DNA of 32,972 nt. Source: a virus. Location: IMG/VR virus record IMGVR_UViG_3300045988_113040, positions 1 to 32,972 of that record. One strand, 5' to 3'. The notes below the pieces were generated by a model, which was not told the DNA's origin, ran no database searches, and worked only from the letters and a program-made list of their open reading frames with translations. This document shows positions 1-7,944 of the stretch, in pieces. Made by a program: the position numbers and the translations under genes. How positions within the stretch are numbered: position 1 is the stretch's first letter; every line of letters begins with the position of its first letter.

Positions 1-55
1 CTAGTGGAAGGAACAGACCCGAATGCGACCGGTACCGGAATGGGAGGCTCTGAAG
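1..55. repeat. Assembly overlap. Bases 1..55 are identical to 32918..32972 (circular contig closure)
   Basis: Direct comparison of the first and last 55 nt. The length equals a common de Bruijn k-mer. Confidence 0.9.
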
Positions 56-441
56 GCTCGACTGGAAGCGGAGCGCAGGAGCCGACAATCACCCAAGCCC
101 AGCTTGACGCCATCATCAGCCGAAAGCTCGCCAAGGAACGAGAAAAGCTCGAAGCGGCCCAGAAGGAAGCCGAAGACGCACGAAAGCTAGCCGAAGAGAA
201 CGAGAAGAAGCTGAAGGAAGCTCAGGAGAAGGGCATCACCATCGGACTGCTTCAGGCGAAACGCAACCGCATCGCCGAACAGTACGGGCTGAGCGCCGAC
301 CTGCTGCCAGCCGAGGAAGACAAGCTCGACGCCTTCGAAAAGCAGCTCACCACAAGTATCAACAGCCGCACGCGCGTCACCCCCGTGACCGTCGAGCCGA
401 CGAACGCCGCACCAGACTGGCTGGGAGCCGCCCATGCGTGA
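1..441 (+). CDS. Scaffolding-like coiled-coil protein, 3' part of a gene that starts at ATG 32885 and crosses the circular junction
   Basis: ORF track 4..441. The frame is open from base 1 and continuous with 32885..32972. The coiled coil AQLDAIISRKLAKEREKLEAAQKEAEDARKLAEENEKKLKE resembles DUF4355-type phage scaffolds. Confidence 0.5.
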   Translation, partial: LVEGTDPNATGTGMGGSEGSTGSGAQEPTITQAQLDAIISRKLAKEREKLEAAQKEAEDARKLAEENEKKLKEAQEKGITIGLLQAKRNRIAEQYGLSADLLPAEEDKLDAFEKQLTTSINSRTRVTPVTVEPTNAAPDWLGAAHA

Positions 442-631
442 CATCCGAATCCTCAGCATGGTGATGCGCGACGAAAACATTCCGGCGACCCTTTCAATCA
501 TCGACGATGACGTGGTGGTAGACTCACCCATGGAATTGGACAAGAACGCGAAAGACAAGCTGGTAAAGCGTTTTGCCGAGCATCTGTTGCAGCTAGGACT
601 CGCACTGCACGACTGGAAGGAAAAGGATTGA
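434..631 (+). CDS. Hypothetical protein (65 aa)
   Basis: ORF track. ATG overlaps the upstream stop, consistent with translational coupling in a packed operon. Confidence 0.5.
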   Translation: MRDIRILSMVMRDENIPATLSIIDDDVVVDSPMELDKNAKDKLVKRFAEHLLQLGLALHDWKEKD

Positions 632-1047
632 CCGACGAACTGAAGCCGCTCGCCACCGTTGAAGACACCGAAGCATACCTGCGGCACACGGTGCCAGCAG
701 ACCTCGTGGACTATGAGGAACGCAAACGCGGAGCCGCATCCAACGTGCTACGCATGATGTACCGCAACCAAGGCGACGATTTGGACAAGCAGGTAACGGA
801 AGACCCGCTCACCCGCCAAATGGTCGCCGACATCATCGGCGTCAGCGTCGCACAGGACGTAAGCCGCAAAGAGTCCATGTCCGAAAGCGACACCGACCTG
901 AGCGTGTTTAAAACATTCACGCAGACGGCTGGCGGCTACAGTTTCACCGGCGAATGGCGAGGCAACACGGATGACGTGTTCTTCACCAACAACCAGCTCA
1001 AACAGCTGGGCGTCGGACGCGCCACCATATCGAGGTTCCAGCTCTGA
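628..1047 (+). CDS. Head-tail connector/adaptor-like protein
   Basis: TTG start overlaps the upstream TGA, with GGAAAAGGA just upstream. The N-terminal ATVEDTEAYLRH motif is typical of gp6/Gp15-like connectors. Confidence 0.45.
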   Translation: MTDELKPLATVEDTEAYLRHTVPADLVDYEERKRGAASNVLRMMYRNQGDDLDKQVTEDPLTRQMVADIIGVSVAQDVSRKESMSESDTDLSVFKTFTQTAGGYSFTGEWRGNTDDVFFTNNQLKQLGVGRATISRFQL

Positions 1048-1355
1048 TGCACTACGGACTCAAAACGCACGAAATCACCGTCACCACCGGAGACAGCCAA
1101 CACACGGTCAAAGGCATCGTGACCGCGAACACCACAAGCGAAGACACCGGCACCTACGACAACATGACCGAAGTGTCCTCGCTCACCGTCCACGTCACCG
1201 CACCCGACACGCCGCCCGAAATCGTCGGCGGCGAACTCGAATACTGCGGAACGCCATACCACGTCACCTCAATAAAACCACCAATCGACTCCGGAAACAG
1301 GGTCATGTTCAACCCGTTCAAATGGAGCTTCAACGCGAAGCAGGTGCAATACTGA
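1047..1355 (+). CDS. Small neck protein (head-tail joining/head closure-like, 102 aa)
   Basis: ORF track. ATG overlaps the upstream TGA by 1 nt. Call rests on size and position in the run of neck genes. Confidence 0.35.
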   Translation: MHYGLKTHEITVTTGDSQHTVKGIVTANTTSEDTGTYDNMTEVSSLTVHVTAPDTPPEIVGGELEYCGTPYHVTSIKPPIDSGNRVMFNPFKWSFNAKQVQY

Positions 1356-1630
1356 TGGCACAGCTCAGAGGCGCGAAAATCATGGTCGCCGCACCGAACG
1401 CGACAACCAATCTCGTACTGCAATCGCCGGGATTCCAGCAGGAGTCCCGGCGCGTCGCATCACAAATGATGCCACAACTCCAAATGGACGCCTACAGGGA
1501 CAGAAAAAAACCATCCATGACCACATACCGCACGCTCAGCAGCTTCAAAGGCACGCTCCGCGCGGGAACGGAAATCAAATACTACAAGACGCAACATTCA
1601 GGCGACACGCTGAAAGGATTCGGACTGTGA
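1355..1630 (+). CDS. Hypothetical neck/tail-completion candidate (91 aa)
   Basis: ATG 1355 overlaps TGA 1353..1355, with AGGTG 8 nt upstream. It is the inner part of track ORF 971..1630. Confidence 0.4.
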   Translation: MAQLRGAKIMVAAPNATTNLVLQSPGFQQESRRVASQMMPQLQMDAYRDRKKPSMTTYRTLSSFKGTLRAGTEIKYYKTQHSGDTLKGFGL

Positions 1631-2004
1631 GCAAAGACATGGAAATCATCACGGACATCATCGGCGGACTCGCACAGCAGCTCAACATGCGCGTCTACGA
1701 CAAGTATCCGCAAGTCAAAAACGCCGAACAGTATCCGCTGGTAATCGTCACCCGCCAAAACGCCTCCGACACCACCCCATACATCAGGCACTTGGACATC
1801 TCCATTACCGTCGTTACACGGGAAAAGGCCGGAGACGAAACCGACACGCTCAGCGCCGAAATCGGGGACGCCCTCACCGACTGGTACAACAAAAGCCTGT
1901 GGGACATCATGGGAGCGCCACTGCTCAACACCACCAACGTCCAACCCACCAAGGACGGACGCTTGGCGACCGTCTACGACTACCAGCTGGAGTATCTGAC
2001 TTGA
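1627..2004 (+). CDS. Tail completion/terminator-like protein (125 aa)
   Basis: GTG start overlaps the upstream TGA, with GAAAGGA upstream. Size and position resemble DUF3168-like tail-completion proteins. Confidence 0.35.
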   Translation: MSKDMEIITDIIGGLAQQLNMRVYDKYPQVKNAEQYPLVIVTRQNASDTTPYIRHLDISITVVTREKAGDETDTLSAEIGDALTDWYNKSLWDIMGAPLLNTTNVQPTKDGRLATVYDYQLEYLT

Positions 2005-2504
2005 AGAGCACACAGGAGTCCGTCGACGACCTCATGGAAATACTTTCACCGGCAGCAAAAGACATCATCACCGACGAGCAGGTCAAGCAAGCCCAAGCCG
2101 CCGCCAGCAGCGGAGACAAGCATCTGGCCGGAAAAGTCTTGGGAGACATCTGGAAGCAGGTCGCGGAAAAATCCGCTGGATTGGAGCTAGAACGGCTCGA
2201 CTCCGACGCCTTCGGCAAAAAAGTCGGATGGTTGACCGGAGAACAGCGTTCCGACAAGACAGTCCGCAACTTCCTCGCCAAATACAAGCGGGAACTGGCC
2301 GTCAAACCAATGCAACAGGCCACCATGAACCTGTTCGCACTCGACTCCACCACCGAAGTGGTGCGCGAAGCGGTGGGCGAAACCTGCTCGTGGTGTCTCG
2401 AACGATGCGGCATCTGGCATCCCTACGACGCCAACCATTACGGCGTCTGGGTGCGGCACGCCGGATGCGACTGCAAAATCTACGTAAGGGACAGCCTCAC
2501 ATGA
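2001..2504 (+). CDS. Minor capsid protein, Mu F / SPP1 gp7-like
   Basis: TTG 2001 overlaps TGA 2002..2004, with GGAG 8 nt upstream (alternative ATG 2034). The C-terminal motif ETCSWCLERCG...RHAGCDCKIY matches the C-x-x-C ... H-x-x-C-x-C signature of this family. Confidence 0.5.
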   Translation: MKSTQESVDDLMEILSPAAKDIITDEQVKQAQAAASSGDKHLAGKVLGDIWKQVAEKSAGLELERLDSDAFGKKVGWLTGEQRSDKTVRNFLAKYKRELAVKPMQQATMNLFALDSTTEVVREAVGETCSWCLERCGIWHPYDANHYGVWVRHAGCDCKIYVRDSLT

Positions 2505-2650
2505 ACCCCACCATCAACAACACCGACCCCCAATACGTCGAAAGCCCAACACGGCGCACCAAGGCGAAAGCCGAAATGGTACGCTGGTATCGCCAACAAC
2601 GCCGCCAAATGGCCGAACAGTTAAGGAGAATCTATGGCAGGAAAGACTGA
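2501..2650 (+). CDS. Small basic protein (49 aa)
   Basis: ATG 2501 overlaps TGA 2502..2504. It is the inner part of track ORF 2228..2650 and is Arg/Lys/Gln-rich. Confidence 0.4.
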   Translation: MNPTINNTDPQYVESPTRRTKAKAEMVRWYRQQRRQMAEQLRRIYGRKD

Positions 2651-2945
2651 AGAAGCCCTCTCAAGCCGCATGGAACAAGTCAACAGACTCATAGACAAAG
2701 CCTATGCTGACATGGAGGAATACGCGCGAAGAGCCGAAACGGATGACGACGACCGCGAATACAACATGAGCATGGCCGTCAACGCGCAAAGAAGCTACGT
2801 CAGCTTCATGAACCTGCTCATGACCATGACCAAAAACTTCGACGAAGCGGTCAAAGTGGACTCGCACAAAAGCAAAGCCACCGCAGCCAAAACCTCCAAA
2901 ACCACCCTCCAGAAACTCGTAGCGAAAGAAGCGAAACGCCCATGA
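2634..2945 (+). CDS. Helical acidic/basic protein (103 aa), function unknown (small terminase not excluded)
   Basis: ORF track. Strong AAGGAG sits 5 nt upstream of the ATG. Confidence 0.5.
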   Translation: MAGKTEEALSSRMEQVNRLIDKAYADMEEYARRAETDDDDREYNMSMAVNAQRSYVSFMNLLMTMTKNFDEAVKVDSHKSKATAAKTSKTTLQKLVAKEAKRP

Positions 2946-3808
2946 CACTCACCACAGTAGACGAACAGACCATATCCTTCCCATGGATTGAACTCGTCAA
3001 AAACGCATACGCCATGCGCGCGCGCGTCACCAACTTCAGCGCGGTCGGCAAACGCAGCTTCACCCGCATACTCTCCAAAGCTGTCGGCGGCGTCAACTCC
3101 TACTTCCTCATGCAGGACGGCGACCCGCTCAGCACCGACTACCTCCCATCCGAAGACCTCCACTTGGACAAGGTAGCCGCAGTAGGTTTGGACGGACGCT
3201 GCTACGACGAAAACGCCGAGGAAATCAACGAAAACCTCCGATGCCTCACCCTCAGCCACGCGCCAGTCACCGACCAAGCCGTGCTCTTGGCGCAGCGCGC
3301 CATGGTCATCGAAGGACTCATCTCCCAAAACCTCGAACATCTCATGCTGCCAGAACCCGTCGTGGTCGGCACGTCGCCCGACGTGGTAATCAAAACGGAC
3401 CCGACCAAGAACCCATCCGATTGGACGAAATTCGACGCCAACGATGACCACGACACCATCGTGCGCCCCGAAGTCAAACGACTCAGCCAATGGGATAACG
3501 GACAGCTCAAAACACTCCTGCAAAACACGGCGCTCAGCTTCCAGATGGAAACCGGACTCCCACCGCAGGACGCGCAGATACTCGACACGCTCGGAGCGAC
3601 AACCCAGTCGCTCGTATCCAACAGGGAAAGCTTCGTCAGCCGAATCTACGTCATCAAACAGGATTTGAACGCCGTCTTCGAGCCGATGGGCATCACCCTC
3701 GACTATGAACTCACGTTCCCGCAGACCGCGCAGGACATCGCATCCATCGGCGACGCCTACGGCAAGGGCGCTGACGCCGACATCCTCAAGAAGTATCAGG
3801 TGGTGTGA
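2942..3808 (+). CDS. Packaging/structural protein of unknown family (288 aa). Only candidate for a (very short) portal
   Basis: ORF track. ATGA overlap upstream, and it lies directly upstream of terL. No portal motif could be verified by eye. Confidence 0.5.
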   Translation: MTLTTVDEQTISFPWIELVKNAYAMRARVTNFSAVGKRSFTRILSKAVGGVNSYFLMQDGDPLSTDYLPSEDLHLDKVAAVGLDGRCYDENAEEINENLRCLTLSHAPVTDQAVLLAQRAMVIEGLISQNLEHLMLPEPVVVGTSPDVVIKTDPTKNPSDWTKFDANDDHDTIVRPEVKRLSQWDNGQLKTLLQNTALSFQMETGLPPQDAQILDTLGATTQSLVSNRESFVSRIYVIKQDLNAVFEPMGITLDYELTFPQTAQDIASIGDAYGKGADADILKKYQVV

Positions 3809-3809
3809 C

Positions 3810-5258
3810 ATGCTGGTGAAGAATCCAAACTGGAGGGCGAACGTCCGGCCAACATCCGACGTGGCAATCATGGCCGCCGAGTACGTGAACTGGGGTCGAG
3901 GCAACGCAATCCTCCCGTTTCAGGTCGAATTCCTCAACAACGCCTTCCAACGCAAGAAGGACGGCACTTGGAAATACAAGCGCGTCGCGTTGAACATGCC
4001 GCGTCAGAACGGCAAGACGAAAATCCTCACAGCCCCAATCCTCTACTACCTGTTCGTGCTCGGATTGAACGTGCTCGTCACCGCGCATGAGCAGATTGCG
4101 GCGAACAAAATCATGGAGGATTTGAAGGACGCCATCGATTCGAATCCAGAACTGAAGGCCGAGGTCACGCATTTCAGCACCACCATGGGACGCGAGCGCC
4201 TACAGTTGAGGAACGGCGCGTTCGTCCGGTTCCGTTCCCGCAAGAGCGCTTCCGCTGGCATGGGCGGCACGTTCGATTTGGTCATCTTCGACGAGGCGCA
4301 GGAACTCCGCTCCGAATACGAGGCGATGATTACCAAGACGTTGAAGACGCGCCGCATGGCGATGATAATCTATACTGGCACGCCGTTCCTCCCCTCGTCC
4401 ATCGGAGACACGTTCAACGTGTTCCTCGACAATGCCGAAGAGGATGACATGTCATACGCTGTGCGCTACGGCATCGATGACGAGACGGCGGACATCGAAG
4501 ACGAGCAATTGTGGGCACTCACCAACCCGCTCTACCCGGACGTGATTCCACGCGAAGCGTTCCTCACCGACGTGGCGATAGCCAAACAGGGCGGCGCGGA
4601 CGGACTCATCGACTTCCGCATCCAAGACTTGGGCCTGTGGTGGGCTGACAGCATCCCTCCAGCAATCCCGATGGACTTGTGGGACAGTGCATACTCCGAC
4701 CTCCAACATGACCGCGATACGCTCGTCTACGCGCTCACCTTCGACCCGGCAACCAGCACCCTCGCCCTGTCCGTGGCAGCAAGCACCGAAGAGGTGACGG
4801 TCGGCTCCCAGCATTACGACAAGTGGGCGTACATCATAGGCGAAATCGTAGACGAACGCCCAACCACCGAATCATGGCAGTGGGTGGTTGACGAACTGAA
4901 GACCCGCCCCCGCAAGACCACGCTCATACTGGATGCCGGAGGATTGAACAATCCAATCAGGGACATGCTGCCGCGCGGATTGAACGTCATCCAATTGACC
5001 GGCACCGAATTCCTCGCCTCTCAGCAGGGATTCCTCGACCTGCTGAACGAAGGACGGTTCAAGCATACGAACAACCCCCAGCTGACCGCCGAGGTGCAGA
5101 ACGCGCAGAAGCTCAAATCCGGTTCGGATGACCAGTGGAAGTTCGCGCCGATACGCAAGACCGAAACCACGGCCGGCTTGAAGGGAGTGTCAATCGCCGC
5201 ATGGTATCGCGGCGTCAACCGTCCGAAGGAACGCAAGGTCAGGGAGGTGATAGCGTAA
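3810..5258 (+). CDS. terL: Terminase large subunit
   Basis: ATG 3810 with AGGTGG 6 nt upstream (the track ORF starts earlier at 3705). Walker A is MPRQNGKT and Walker B is FDLVIFDEAQE. A C-terminal nuclease-type region is present. Confidence 0.85.
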   Translation: MLVKNPNWRANVRPTSDVAIMAAEYVNWGRGNAILPFQVEFLNNAFQRKKDGTWKYKRVALNMPRQNGKTKILTAPILYYLFVLGLNVLVTAHEQIAANKIMEDLKDAIDSNPELKAEVTHFSTTMGRERLQLRNGAFVRFRSRKSASAGMGGTFDLVIFDEAQELRSEYEAMITKTLKTRRMAMIIYTGTPFLPSSIGDTFNVFLDNAEEDDMSYAVRYGIDDETADIEDEQLWALTNPLYPDVIPREAFLTDVAIAKQGGADGLIDFRIQDLGLWWADSIPPAIPMDLWDSAYSDLQHDRDTLVYALTFDPATSTLALSVAASTEEVTVGSQHYDKWAYIIGEIVDERPTTESWQWVVDELKTRPRKTTLILDAGGLNNPIRDMLPRGLNVIQLTGTEFLASQQGFLDLLNEGRFKHTNNPQLTAEVQNAQKLKSGSDDQWKFAPIRKTETTAGLKGVSIAAWYRGVNRPKERKVREVIA

Positions 5259-5543
5259 ATGGGCAAGGACACCGGACTATACCACCGCAACCGCGCCATC
5301 CTCCGCGAACGCACCAAACGGACGGGAGCGCCCTGCTACTATTGCGGCGCACCTTTCTACTGGGGCCGCAACGCCGCGCATCCGTTGGCGTTCACCGCAG
5401 ACCATGTGATACCGCGTGCCGCTGGCGGAAGCGACAGGATGGATAATCTTGTGCCCGCCCACATGCAATGCAACAGGGCGAAATCGGACCACATAGCAAG
5501 TCCGGCGACACGCCGAACACGCACCGCCACGAGAAGATGGTAG
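5259..5543 (+). CDS. HNH endonuclease
   Basis: ORF track. Motif is CYYCG...ADHVIPRAAGGSDRMDNLVPAHMQCNRAKSD. Confidence 0.85.
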   Translation: MGKDTGLYHRNRAILRERTKRTGAPCYYCGAPFYWGRNAAHPLAFTADHVIPRAAGGSDRMDNLVPAHMQCNRAKSDHIASPATRRTRTATRRW

Positions 5544-5594
5544 AATGGAAACCGCTATGCAGCAATGTGTAGTTCCTCTCTTGTGATTCTGGTT

Positions 5595-5636
5595 GCATAA
5601 CACCCCATTTGACGAAAGTCAAGTGGGGTGTTATGC
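5595..5636 (+). terminator. Long hairpin (19-bp stem, GAAA loop) after the HNH gene. Likely end of the rightward middle operon
   Basis: GCATAACACCCCATTTGAC-GAAA-GTCAAGTGGGGTGTTATGC with one U.G pair and no clear U-tract. Confidence 0.45.
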
Positions 5637-5716
5637 TATGTCTTGGAAATGGTCGGTAGACAATCGGAGCTTCGTTACCATGCCAAAACCGACCGTCTCC
5701 CTTAAAATGTACTGAC

Positions 5717-5746
5717 TTGAACCGCCCGGCACAGTCGTTAAATAAT
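5717..5746 (+). promoter_or_regulatory. Candidate late promoter upstream of the capsid gene
   Basis: TTGAAC (5717..5722), 18 nt spacer, AATAAT (5741..5746). Confidence 0.35.
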
Positions 5747-5878
5747 GCACGGGCATACCCACTGGGCGACCGTGGGGTCGAGGCGCACACAGCCGACAAG
5801 AATGTGGTCGAGGCAGGTCGGAGCCGCAGAGACAGAAGCCGACGCACGCAACATCCAACCACGTCAGAAAGGCAAACA

Positions 5879-6922
5879 GTGTCTCTCGCAACAATCGACC
5901 TGAAGCCGGGCTTCGTTGACCGCAAGCTGATTTCCGAACAGCCAGCGGCAGGTGCGCTCGCAAAGATTTCCAACAGCACTCCAATCGACCTTATCGGCAC
6001 GCAGATGCAGACCATCGACTTCACGGGCGAAATGGGCATCTTCGGCGAAGGCGCGTCCAACGCAGTGGAAGCCGAAAAGAAGAAGTCTTCCAACGACGCC
6101 ACCAACGGTGTCGTGACCATCAACCCCATCACCTTCTACATCTCCTATCGCTTCCCGAAGAAGTTCCTCCAACTGTTCGGCGTCAACGGGACATACAATC
6201 CGACCGACGCGACCTTCCGAGCCGGTTCCCCGCAGACTATGCTCCAAAGCATCGTCGCGCAGCCGTATCAGGCCGGAATTCTCGACCAGTACCGCACCTA
6301 CGTGAACCGCGCCATCAGCCGCGCCCTCGACTTCGCCGCCATCTTCGGCGTCAACCCGGCAACCAAGGCCGCATCCAACGTCGCCCGCACCAACGGCTAC
6401 GTGCTCGACAAGGCCGGAAACATCGACTACACGCCGGGCACTGGAGCGGAAGCCGCCACCGCGTTCAAACAGGCCGTCCGTCAGGTCGCCGCACAGGGCG
6501 ACGCATCCGCACAGGGCGTCACCACCTCCGCCTACCTTTCCGACATCGGCGACGGCCTCACCACCGTTGGCACGCCGACCCAGTATGCCGCGGAAGTTCC
6601 GCTTATCGGCAACATAGTCAACCTTGGCGGCGTCACCCTCGCGGCATCCAACACCGTGTCCGATACCGCCGCGGCCACCGGCTCCGGCAAGCTGACCAAG
6701 AAGGTTCTCGATGCGGTCATCGGCGACTTCGCTAACCGTTTCGTGTGGGGCGCTGTCCCGCTGTCTGGCATCGAAGTGTTCGACTCCGGCAATCCGGACA
6801 ACTCTTCCGATGGCGACTTGGGTGCATCCAACAAGGTGCTGCTCCGCACCGAAGTAGCAATCGGCTGGGGCTTCATCGGCGGAACCGGCAAGTTCTACGC
6901 CATCAACCACGCCACCGAGTGA
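5879..6922 (+). CDS. Major capsid protein (HK97-fold type, no delta domain)
   Basis: GTG 5879 with AGAAAGG 6 nt upstream (the track ORF starts at 5717 inside non-coding sequence). 347 aa, Ala/Gly/Thr-rich, typical capsid composition. Confidence 0.65.
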   Translation: MSLATIDLKPGFVDRKLISEQPAAGALAKISNSTPIDLIGTQMQTIDFTGEMGIFGEGASNAVEAEKKKSSNDATNGVVTINPITFYISYRFPKKFLQLFGVNGTYNPTDATFRAGSPQTMLQSIVAQPYQAGILDQYRTYVNRAISRALDFAAIFGVNPATKAASNVARTNGYVLDKAGNIDYTPGTGAEAATAFKQAVRQVAAQGDASAQGVTTSAYLSDIGDGLTTVGTPTQYAAEVPLIGNIVNLGGVTLAASNTVSDTAAATGSGKLTKKVLDAVIGDFANRFVWGAVPLSGIEVFDSGNPDNSSDGDLGASNKVLLRTEVAIGWGFIGGTGKFYAINHATE

Positions 6923-6994
6923 CACCATCCACACATATGGGCGGCGGCAACGCCGTCCATCCACTGATTGAACGTAACAACGAAAGGAATTGAG

Positions 6995-7591
6995 ATGGGT
7001 GCAAAGCAGTCTTCCGCAAACGTAACATTCTCCAAGCCGGGCACCAGTGCCAACAAGTCCGGTTATATTTGGGTCGCCCCATTGGGCACCGCCCTCCCCA
7101 CCAACGCCACTACCGAACTGGATGCGGCGTTCGTCGGCCTTGGCTATCTGTCCGAAGACGGTCTGACCGAACCGGCATCCCTCACCGCAGGAGACGATAT
7201 TGTGGCCGCTGGTGGCGATACGGTCGCACAGGCCGACCCGACGTTCTCCAAGACGTGGACGGGCACTTGCATCGAAGCCCTGAACGAAGACCTGATTAAG
7301 GTCGCCTACGGTTCAGCCAACGTGACGGTCGAACAGGCGTCCTCGGCAAAGGATGGCTCTATCACCGTCAAGGAGCAGGCTGGCGAACTGGAGCATCACG
7401 TCATCGTCATCGACGAAATGCTCAAGGGCGGCCGCAAGCGCCGTAACGTGATGACCGATGCTACCTTCCTCCTCACCGGCGACATCAGCCACGTGCATAC
7501 GGCTCTCGTGAACTTCGAGTTCACCATCAACGCCTATCCGACCGCCACCCAACCGGCACAGACCCAGTACATCACCATCCCAAAAGCGTAA
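6995..7591 (+). CDS. Major tail (tube) protein
   Basis: ATG 6995 with GAAAGGAA upstream. The sequence WVAPLGTALPT...FVGLGYLSEDGL is typical of TP901/phi13-type tail tube proteins. Confidence 0.75.
   Translation: MGAKQSSANVTFSKPGTSANKSGYIWVAPLGTALPTNATTELDAAFVGLGYLSEDGLTEPASLTAGDDIVAAGGDTVAQADPTFSKTWTGTCIEALNEDLIKVAYGSANVTVEQASSAKDGSITVKEQAGELEHHVIVIDEMLKGGRKRRNVMTDATFLLTGDISHVHTALVNFEFTINAYPTATQPAQTQYITIPKA
7579..7585 (+). promoter_or_regulatory. -1 programmed frameshift slippery heptamer C CCA AAA
   Basis: Fits X XXY YYZ in the tube protein frame (ATC CCA AAA GCG TAA). The -1 frame is open to 7944. Confidence 0.55.
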
Positions 7592-7944
7592 GCTCTCCGA
7601 ATTCGACGCTGACAGTCACCGTATCCGATAGTACGGTGGCTGAAGGCGGAGCGATGTGGGTGGTCGGAGACTGGGGACAAGCCGCACCATGGACGCGTGC
7701 TGCAGGCGTGAAGATGGTCAAGGGCGCGAATGATGTCTATACCGGCGAACTACTCCTCACAAGGGACACCAAGTTCGACATCAAGATTCTGAAGTCCACG
7801 GTCTCTACGACGAGCGGCGGCGATAATACTTGGTCTGCGGTCAGGTATGCCAGCACTCTGAACAAGTCCGCGTCGCATGATTTCGGAGAGTTCACCGACA
7901 ATCTGATTCCCAACGGTAACTTCGACGAAGGAAAGGTGAAATAG
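7585..7944 (+). CDS. -1 frame C-terminal extension of the tail tube protein with a CBM20-like beta-sandwich domain
   Basis: After the slip it reads SVSSPNSTLTVTVSDSTVAEGGAMWVVGDWGQAAPWTRAAGVKM...FDIKILK. The track lists only 7636..7944 (GTG start). Confidence 0.5.
   Translation, partial: SVSSPNSTLTVTVSDSTVAEGGAMWVVGDWGQAAPWTRAAGVKMVKGANDVYTGELLLTRDTKFDIKILKSTVSTTSGGDNTWSAVRYASTLNKSASHDFGEFTDNLIPNGNFDEGKVK

Noticed and set aside
1-55. The 55-bp identical ends considered as biological direct terminal repeats
   Set aside because: The length equals a common assembler k-mer, and an ORF with a good start reads straight through the junction. An assembly closure artefact is more likely.
2634-3808. 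Joining 2634..2945 and 2942..3808 by a -1 frameshift to give a normal-sized (about 391 aa) portal
   Set aside because: No slippery heptamer lies near the junction, which reads AAA CGC CCA TGA. The -1 frame upstream of 2942 translates to Arg/His/Gln-rich nonsense. The ATGA overlap looks like ordinary translational coupling.
2795-3904. Long antisense ORFs opposite clearly coding genes. Examples are 2795..3904(-), 5864..6964(-), 9806..10720(-), 10976..11896(-), 15615..16697(-), 17529..18743(-) and 30688..32034(-). Plus-strand ORFs opposite the leftward operon belong to the same class.
   Set aside because: They overlap genes with recognisable motifs on the other strand. Their translations are Arg/Gly/His/Val-rich and low in complexity, and they lack SD sequences. 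These are typical shadow ORFs of GC-rich DNA.
5651-5694. A tRNA or suppressor tRNA in the ORF-free regions (5544..5878 and 28835..29214), prompted by the in-frame TAG at 7942
   Set aside because: The 7-bp stem GGTCGGT/ACCGACC encloses only 30 nt. No T-loop-like GGTTCGAAT element or cloverleaf could be built by eye in either region. A tRNAscan run would be needed for certainty.
5259-5878. HNH gene plus structured downstream region considered as a group I intron or homing cassette interrupting terL or the capsid gene
   Set aside because: TerL appears complete, with Walker motifs and a full-length C-terminal nuclease region. The capsid gene has its own SD and start. No split exon halves are visible.
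3705-5879. Upstream track starts for terL (3705) and the capsid gene (5717)
   Set aside because: Both extensions overlap the preceding gene or non-coding DNA and give Arg/Ser/Pro-rich sequence. The internal starts at 3810 and 5879 have well-spaced SD sequences.
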